64,000 nucleotides of DNA. Source: an uncultured delta proteobacterium. Lineage in GTDB: Bacteria; Desulfobacterota; Desulfomonilia; UBA1062. The DNA lies in NCBI GenBank assembly GCA_963798485.1, contig CAWCTR010000014.1, positions 384,001 through 448,000 of the forward strand. The letters run 5' to 3'. The translations under genes and the position numbers were made by a program. The notes beneath the pieces were generated by a model. The model saw only the letters and a program-made list of their open reading frames with translations. It had not been told where the DNA came from and searched no databases. Shown piece by piece: positions 58,543-64,000 of the stretch. Position 1 is the first letter of the stretch, and each line of letters opens with the position of its first letter.

Positions 58543-60318
58543 TTAAAATTTTACGTTCATGTCAACCTGCAGGGTGTCGATGGCGATCTTCGGACCGTCG
58601 ATCTCATCGGCACTGTACCACTGGATCGACCCCCAGACGTTCCTGGTCAGACCCAGGTCGTATTTGAGGATATACCCTTGCGCGTTCGTGCCACCCCCAT
58701 GGAAATTCGAGTCGGTGAATGCATCGAGCACACAATCTTTCCCGACATATTTCCTGGCGGCCGAGCACCTCCACTGTCCGAAGTCGGACACTTCCTTGTA
58801 GCCCACCCCAAAGATGACCTGGTATCCTTTGGTGTCCTTATTCAAACCAGGACCCGTGCGACTGATCACTTCACCCGTGTTAAATCCTATGTTCTTTACA
58901 TAATCACCGGTGAGGGTCAGATGCACGGGGTTGAAGATTACGACATCGATCATGCCGGTGTAATCAAGTTCATGATAATCTGCAGCGAGCGCCAGCTTAT
59001 AGCTCGACGAGGGGTCGATATCGAAGAGTGTGTTCCCCATCTGCTGGAACTGAGGAGCGGTCCAGTCGGTAAGCCCTGGGTATTGTGGGTTATTGGGTTT
59101 GCCCACCATGTTCGTGTAATAGTAATATGCACCACTGAGTTTGACGCTGATGATTTCAGGTGCATTCAGCTTTATACCTGTCTGCATCCCGTAGAGCCAC
59201 TTGTCATGGGAAGACAGCTCCACTTCCTGGATAGGGAATGCGCCAACGGTCAGAAAAGTGCGCAGCGGCCTGCCGAGCTGGGTGTCGAACTGGAGGGCCA
59301 CCCCGTCGAAATTGAGGTTGTCGTCCCACACAAGGTCCGTATAAAACCAGGGGTTCGGCATCCTGCCCGCCCAGAGACTCAGTTCGGGCATAGGCCTGTA
59401 TCTCATCCATGCCTGATTGAGCACCACACTCTTATTGTTCTGGTAATCGCCGAATGTCACATTGGCGGAGACCGGGGTGGTCGTGTTTCCCGTGCTGATG
59501 GTTACTCCCGCATCCACCTGGTCGGCAACCTGGATCAGGGTGTTGAGCCTCACCCGCAACCGCATGCGATCCCTGTCCTCCGTCGTGTTCATGAGCTGTG
59601 TCGGATTGCTGGGGCTTAGGACCTGGTCGTCATTGTCGGAGGCGAAGTAATCACCCTGGTAGCGGACCCTTATATCGCCTGTAAGCCTGATCTTGCTTGC
59701 CCACTCGGGCATTTCGGGCGTAAGCCAGTTCCCGAGACGGGCCTCTTTGAGGATATCCGCCTTGAGTTCATCCTTGACGGCCGATTGCACACTCCCCTTG
59801 ATCTGTCCCGCTACCTGCCTGGATATTTCATCGATGTACTTATCACGATCCGATGCAGGGAGCTGTGCGGCAGGGTTCCGCTTTGATGCCTCAAGGTATC
59901 GCTCCGCCTCCTCATCGCTGATGAGCCCGCGGTCTTTGAGGCCTTTGATCATGGTCTCGAAATCCAGTTGTGTGTCCTGCTGGGGCAAATCCGGGGTTAC
60001 CGCGGTCTGCTGTAAGGTGGCAGCCTGCTCTGCCGGGCCGGCCTGAGGCGCGGCCTCTGGGGTAATATTTTCAGCCGGGGCTGGCTCTGCGGCCTGTGGC
60101 GGGATTGAAGACGCTTCAGACTTCTCCGCCGGGGTCTGTTCAGTTGCATTATCCAGGACTGCCTGCTTATCCTCCGCAGTGGTCCCCTGCATCACAGGGG
60201 CTGCGGGGGCAGGCTCGTCTGCATGAGCCTGCCCCACAACACAGACAAACGGGATAGAGATGAGAAGGGCGATTACATACGGATAAACTCTCTTCCTGTG
60301 AATCAGTAGGTGTATCAT
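58543..60318 (-). CDS. Putative porin (Porin_5/PF16930-like) with Ala/Pro/Gln-rich N-terminal extension
   Basis: LKDRGLISDEEA, PEWASKIRLTGDIRVRY, RDRMRLRVRL, DLVWDDNLNFDG, DAFTDSNFHGGGTN, C-terminal QVDMNVKF. Confidence 0.82.
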   Translation of the reverse strand: MIHLLIHRKRVYPYVIALLISIPFVCVVGQAHADEPAPAAPVMQGTTAEDKQAVLDNATEQTPAEKSEASSIPPQAAEPAPAENITPEAAPQAGPAEQAATLQQTAVTPDLPQQDTQLDFETMIKGLKDRGLISDEEAERYLEASKRNPAAQLPASDRDKYIDEISRQVAGQIKGSVQSAVKDELKADILKEARLGNWLTPEMPEWASKIRLTGDIRVRYQGDYFASDNDDQVLSPSNPTQLMNTTEDRDRMRLRVRLNTLIQVADQVDAGVTISTGNTTTPVSANVTFGDYQNNKSVVLNQAWMRYRPMPELSLWAGRMPNPWFYTDLVWDDNLNFDGVALQFDTQLGRPLRTFLTVGAFPIQEVELSSHDKWLYGMQTGIKLNAPEIISVKLSGAYYYYTNMVGKPNNPQYPGLTDWTAPQFQQMGNTLFDIDPSSSYKLALAADYHELDYTGMIDVVIFNPVHLTLTGDYVKNIGFNTGEVISRTGPGLNKDTKGYQVIFGVGYKEVSDFGQWRCSAARKYVGKDCVLDAFTDSNFHGGGTNAQGYILKYDLGLTRNVWGSIQWYSADEIDGPKIAIDTLQVDMNVKF

Positions 60319-60438
60319 CTAATGTCCTTTCATTTTTTTGTTAACATTCTCTGTGGAGCAAATTGTATGAACCCGCGATCGTCATTACTAAACAAGCAGC
60401 GGTCTCTGATCTCAATGGTCATAGCCTACTCAATATCA

Positions 60439-60477
60439 CCCCTCTACCCTGACCCTCTCCCGCAAGGGGAGAGGGGA
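60439..60477. repeat. CCCTCTCCC-GGGAGAGGG REP-like hairpin
   Basis: CCCCTCTACCCTGACCCTCTCCC-GCAAG-GGGAGAGGGGA, inside the operon between tonB and porin. Confidence 0.65.
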
Positions 60478-60510
60478 CTTATTATGAAACGGCTTTCCCT
60501 TGAACCATCC

Positions 60511-61197
60511 TTACGCCCTTGAGGAGATCTCTACCCTCAGGACCTTTGGCATGCCTTCAGGAGGCGGCTCGTTGAACCTCTTGATGAGACTCAGGGCGCG
60601 GGAAACGGCACTGTCCATCTGCTCCGATCCGGAAGATTTGTAGATCCGGTACTTCACGAGGTTTCCGTTGTCATCGAGCTGAAGCACCACAATGGTTTCG
60701 AGGTTGCCCGAGGGTATGTTACCCCTGGCGAAGACCTTGTGGATCTCATCCTGGATGCCCCTGTTGTACCAGGCATACTTCTGCATGAGGCTCTGGGGTC
60801 CTCCTCCATTTGGGTCGCTCCCCACCAGGGCCCTTCCACCTTTCCTGCCCACAAGCCCGAATGCGTCGCCCCCAGCGCCTCCCTCGGCATCGAGGCCCAG
60901 CTGATCGCCCGGCGGCGGCTCGTTCTTATCGGATTTGCTGTTCGGGACATCCTGCTGCTGGACCATCTGGTTCTCATGGGGCTTCTCCTGTTTGACCTCC
61001 TGCTCGGGCGGCTTCTCCAGCTTGGTCGGCGGGGGCGGTTTCAAAAGGGTGACCATGTGAATCGCCTTATGCCTCACCTTGTCCTCGGTCAGAACCATCT
61101 TCACCATGGTCGCGCCAAGCCCCACCAGTACGAGGATCACGATACCCGAGATCACCTTGACCCCGGTGGACAGCTTGTCTTCAGCATGCCTTACCAT
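60511..61197 (-). CDS. TonB/TolA-like energy transducer
   Basis: N-terminal TM, KPPPP proline-rich linker, LGLDAEGGAGGDAFGL, C-terminal SSGSEQMDSAVSRAL...PPPEGMP. Confidence 0.8.
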   Translation of the reverse strand: MVRHAEDKLSTGVKVISGIVILVLVGLGATMVKMVLTEDKVRHKAIHMVTLLKPPPPTKLEKPPEQEVKQEKPHENQMVQQQDVPNSKSDKNEPPPGDQLGLDAEGGAGGDAFGLVGRKGGRALVGSDPNGGGPQSLMQKYAWYNRGIQDEIHKVFARGNIPSGNLETIVVLQLDDNGNLVKYRIYKSSGSEQMDSAVSRALSLIKRFNEPPPEGMPKVLRVEISSRA

Positions 61198-61231
61198 GCA
61201 CCCCTCCCCTACCCGTCGTCAGGCAGCAAGG

Positions 61232-61639
61232 TCATTTCACCACCTTCTGCGTTACAAGCCCCAGCTGCGTGATATCCAGCCGTTGTAAGAGATCGAGCAC
61301 GTCGATGACCTGCTGGTAGGCGACCTGTGAATCGCCCTTGACGATGACCGGCAGATCCGGGTTGGTGGCCTTGTACTGGACGAGCGTGTTCTCGAGGTCC
61401 TTCAGGGTTACCGGGTAGGCATCGAGGTAGATGGTCCCGTCAGCGGCAATAGTGATGGCCCTGGTGCTCGGCTTGTTCAGCGTCGGGGCCGTGCTCGCCT
61501 TGGGCAGGTTCACCTGGATGCCCTGTACCGCCGCTGTGATGCATACGATGAAAACGACCAGGAGGTTCCACGCCAGATCAAGCATGGGCGTAATGTTGAT
61601 TTCATCGTACGCCTTCTGATCGAACATGCCCCGTTTCAT
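61232..61639 (-). CDS. exbD: Biopolymer transporter ExbD/TolR
   Basis: EINITPMLDL (conserved Asp), VNLPKA, VIVKGDSQVAYQQVIDVLD. Confidence 0.88.
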   Translation of the reverse strand: MKRGMFDQKAYDEINITPMLDLAWNLLVVFIVCITAAVQGIQVNLPKASTAPTLNKPSTRAITIAADGTIYLDAYPVTLKDLENTLVQYKATNPDLPVIVKGDSQVAYQQVIDVLDLLQRLDITQLGLVTQKVVK

Positions 61640-63465
61640 CAGGCAATCCTCCTCTCTTCGAGAGTGTCATACCGTTGGGCATCCTCGGTGTAGTTGGCTT
61701 CCACATTGATGGTGAACTCATCCACAAAGAGGTAGACATCCGCCATGATATCCTTGATCTTGGTGGTCAGGTAGTTGTATGCGAACAGCGCCGGTATGGC
61801 CAGGATCAGGCCCGTCAGGGTGCAAGCGAGCGCCGACGCGATGCCCGGCGCAATGGCCATAATGTTGGCTTCTCCCACCTGGGCCATGGCCGCAAAGGTG
61901 TTCATGACGCCCCAGACCGTACCCAGCAGCCCCAGGAACGGCCCGCCGGTAATCCCGATGGTCAGGAGAATAAGACCGCTGTTCAGCTTCTGGCCCTCCC
62001 GCAGCGCACCTTTTTCCAGCTCGTTCCTGAAGATGCTTGTTACCTTCGGCGTTATAATATGTTTTCCGTTGATGCTCCTCATGCGGTTGTTAAGGACGTG
62101 ACAGCCCTGCTTGAAGATGCGGTAAACGGGCGAACGCGGATATTCGCCGCAGGTTTTCTCGAAGCCGTAGTAATCGTCCCGCTCCTCGATCAGAGGCATG
62201 AATTCATCGTTCGCCTTGGTGATGTTCCGGATGGTGTTCAACTTGTCGATAAAGAGCACGATGCAGAAGCCCAGGATAATGAGGGTGATGGCAATGATTG
62301 ACCACCCGGAGATTGTGGTGTTTTTGAACACGATCACCAGATAGCCGAACACTTCGAGCATGCCGCCGCCTTTTGGGGCCTCGGCGGCCCCGTAGGAGAG
62401 CAGGGTCGGCTTGGGAGACTGGCTCGAATACTGTGCCTGGACCCAGGGCTTGGAACGTGCGGTATTGGAGATGGTGAGCTCGTCCAGGTCGCCTGCAAAG
62501 CCGTGACCGCCTTTGCCATCGTTGCCGATGACGATCTCGCCTGCGAGATTGGGCAGTGTGGGAGACAGGTCTATACCGTATATGTCCTTGCCGTCGATGT
62601 AGAGCGTAAGCTTGCCCTGGTGCTGGGCGCTCATCACCACATGGTGCCACTGGCCGAGCGTGATCTCGCTGTTGGCCACCGGGGTCATGAGGGTGTCTTC
62701 CCTGCCCGACTTGAGACGGCAGTAGAGCCTGGTCTTGTCTATGCCGATGGTGATCGCCTTGTCCCCTTCTTCCCGGTAGAGGAGATATGCGTCAGCCTGC
62801 GCCGTGTTGGCCCTGATCCAGGAGGAATAGGTAAACCCGCCGGAGATGTCCAGCGACGGGTTCGACTGGATGACGAGCTTGTCCGCTCCGCCTCCAAGCG
62901 TGACCCCTTTGCCCACTATGGCAGGCAGCCCCAATGACCCTGAAAACGCGGAGGCATTGTTGCCGTAGCCCGTGGAGTCCTTGGGCATGCCTTCGGTTTC
63001 GGCAAAGTGGAACACCGCCACATAGTTCTTGTCATAGGTGCCCTTCGTGTCATCGGCCCTGGGCGCCTTCTTGTTGTCGTAATACATCCAGATGAAGTCG
63101 GCCTTGGATGCGGCTGCAACCTTTGGGACGCGCACCCAGATAAGCGCCATCTCGTCGGTGATGTCCAAGAGCTCGATGTGGTGCTTGAGCATTGCCTTGT
63201 CATCCGATGATACGAACCGTATGTCCGAGCCGTCTTCCTTGATGCGCGTGAAGTCGATATTCCCCGTATGGAGCCTGACCAGGACCGGTATTTCGTCCGC
63301 CCCTGCATGGATGTCCGCCCCGGAAGTTGTGGTGTCGATGGTGATCTTCTCCCTGCCCGACCACTCTTCATTCCACCATGCGCGCGCCTCGCCGGACCAT
63401 AGGCAGATCAGCGAGCATGCCAGGAGAACCCCCAGCAACCGATTTCTTATCACATGTGAGTCCAT
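61639..63465 (-). CDS. DUF2341 + LamG + MotA/TolQ/ExbB fusion
   Basis: AWWNEEWSGREKI, PVLVRLHTGN, DGSDIRF, IWVRVP (DUF2341); GQWHHV, LYIDG, FAGDLDEL (LamG); GGPFLGLLGTVWGVM, IAPGIASAL, AIPALFAYN (ExbB). Start revised to ATG 63465. Confidence 0.88.
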   Translation of the reverse strand: MDSHVIRNRLLGVLLACSLICLWSGEARAWWNEEWSGREKITIDTTTSGADIHAGADEIPVLVRLHTGNIDFTRIKEDGSDIRFVSSDDKAMLKHHIELLDITDEMALIWVRVPKVAAASKADFIWMYYDNKKAPRADDTKGTYDKNYVAVFHFAETEGMPKDSTGYGNNASAFSGSLGLPAIVGKGVTLGGGADKLVIQSNPSLDISGGFTYSSWIRANTAQADAYLLYREEGDKAITIGIDKTRLYCRLKSGREDTLMTPVANSEITLGQWHHVVMSAQHQGKLTLYIDGKDIYGIDLSPTLPNLAGEIVIGNDGKGGHGFAGDLDELTISNTARSKPWVQAQYSSQSPKPTLLSYGAAEAPKGGGMLEVFGYLVIVFKNTTISGWSIIAITLIILGFCIVLFIDKLNTIRNITKANDEFMPLIEERDDYYGFEKTCGEYPRSPVYRIFKQGCHVLNNRMRSINGKHIITPKVTSIFRNELEKGALREGQKLNSGLILLTIGITGGPFLGLLGTVWGVMNTFAAMAQVGEANIMAIAPGIASALACTLTGLILAIPALFAYNYLTTKIKDIMADVYLFVDEFTINVEANYTEDAQRYDTLEERRIA

Positions 63466-63481
63466 TAACCCTCCGCCTTTC

Positions 63482-64000
63482 TTACTTGTCCTTATCCTGA
63501 TTCTTGGCCTTTTTCTTCGCCTGGTCATCATTACCCTGTCCGCTGTTATCCTGCCCTTGTTCATCATCGCCGAACCCGATAACCATGACCTTCACCCACT
63601 TAGGCACATAGCTTTCTTCTGCAGCAGCGCTGCTCTTGGCTGCTGACGAAGATATGCCCGACATCTCTTCAGAGAGCTGCGATGACTCGTTCAGGCTGCT
63701 TGTCCCTGACAGTGCGGTGAGGGACCCGGCGTTCGTGTTCGTCAGAGGCACCCCTACGGAGACGCCCGACACCTGGATGTTCTGGGTGTTGCGGACTTGC
63801 TGTGCGCCGATGTACAGGTTCTCTGCCGCAATGCCCGCTTCACCCGCGTCAATGATGCCCGCAGGTGCGAAAATATAGGCGTCGCCGGGCTCCGGGGACG
63901 GAGTCTGATCGTTGATCGAGTAGGTGACCGTGCGGATCCCGCTTCCGGTTGCAGCCGGCAGGTACTCTTGAGTCAGCTGTCCTGAATCTTCATCCCACGT
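63482..64000 (-). CDS. C-terminus of filamentous-haemagglutinin-family exoprotein (DUF3739); 5' end outside window
   Basis: Frame open from 64000: ...PAATGSGIRT...GDAYIFAPAGIIDAGEAGIAAENLYIGAQQVRNTQNIQVSGVSVGVP...VKVMVIGFGD. Confidence 0.82.
   Translation of the reverse strand, partial: TWDEDSGQLTQEYLPAATGSGIRTVTYSINDQTPSPEPGDAYIFAPAGIIDAGEAGIAAENLYIGAQQVRNTQNIQVSGVSVGVPLTNTNAGSLTALSGTSSLNESSQLSEEMSGISSSAAKSSAAAEESYVPKWVKVMVIGFGDDEQGQDNSGQGNDDQAKKKAKNQDKDK

Noticed and set aside
1-64000. CRISPR array, tRNA, rRNA, prophage, integrase, selenoprotein
   Set aside because: No regularly spaced repeats, cloverleaf or rRNA signatures, phage genes or in-frame TGA at catalytic Cys positions seen by eye; tRNAscan and Infernal were not run.

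Overview
Bacterial chromosomal window, most likely from an anaerobic Desulfobacterota/deltaproteobacterium (inferred from the Desulfovibrio-type bacterioferritin, XrtD-type exosortase and gene content). 1-29 kb is mostly housekeeping: enolase, thiolase, 3-hydroxybutyryl-CoA dehydrogenase, tkt-tal-pgi, an arsenosugar-associated glycosyltransferase fusion with DUF3047/DUF1499, a MerA-like oxidoreductase, a tandem double ABC substrate-binding protein, csp, bfr, acyl-CoA dehydrogenase, ada, DAHP synthase, cysteine synthase, a TPP riboswitch-led thiM-thiE-thiC-thiL operon and an arsC pseudogene. 29.4-54.8 kb is a Wzx/Wzy-type exopolysaccharide locus coupled to an exosortase-EpsI fusion and a VPLPA-CTERM target. 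It includes a gmd remnant, an unlisted 52-aa ORF, a probable CTG-start gene and an intact but apparently core-less IS1634 transposase derivative. 57.3-64 kb (minus strand) is the distal part of an apparently uncharacterised envelope system: DUF3739 haemagglutinin-type exoprotein C-terminus, DUF2341-LamG-ExbB fusion, ExbD, TonB-like protein, putative porin, lipoprotein and coiled-coil protein. This is the best candidate for an undescribed system. Three different REP-like palindromes occur. No tRNA, rRNA or CRISPR array was seen. All family assignments come from motif recognition by eye, not from database searches.
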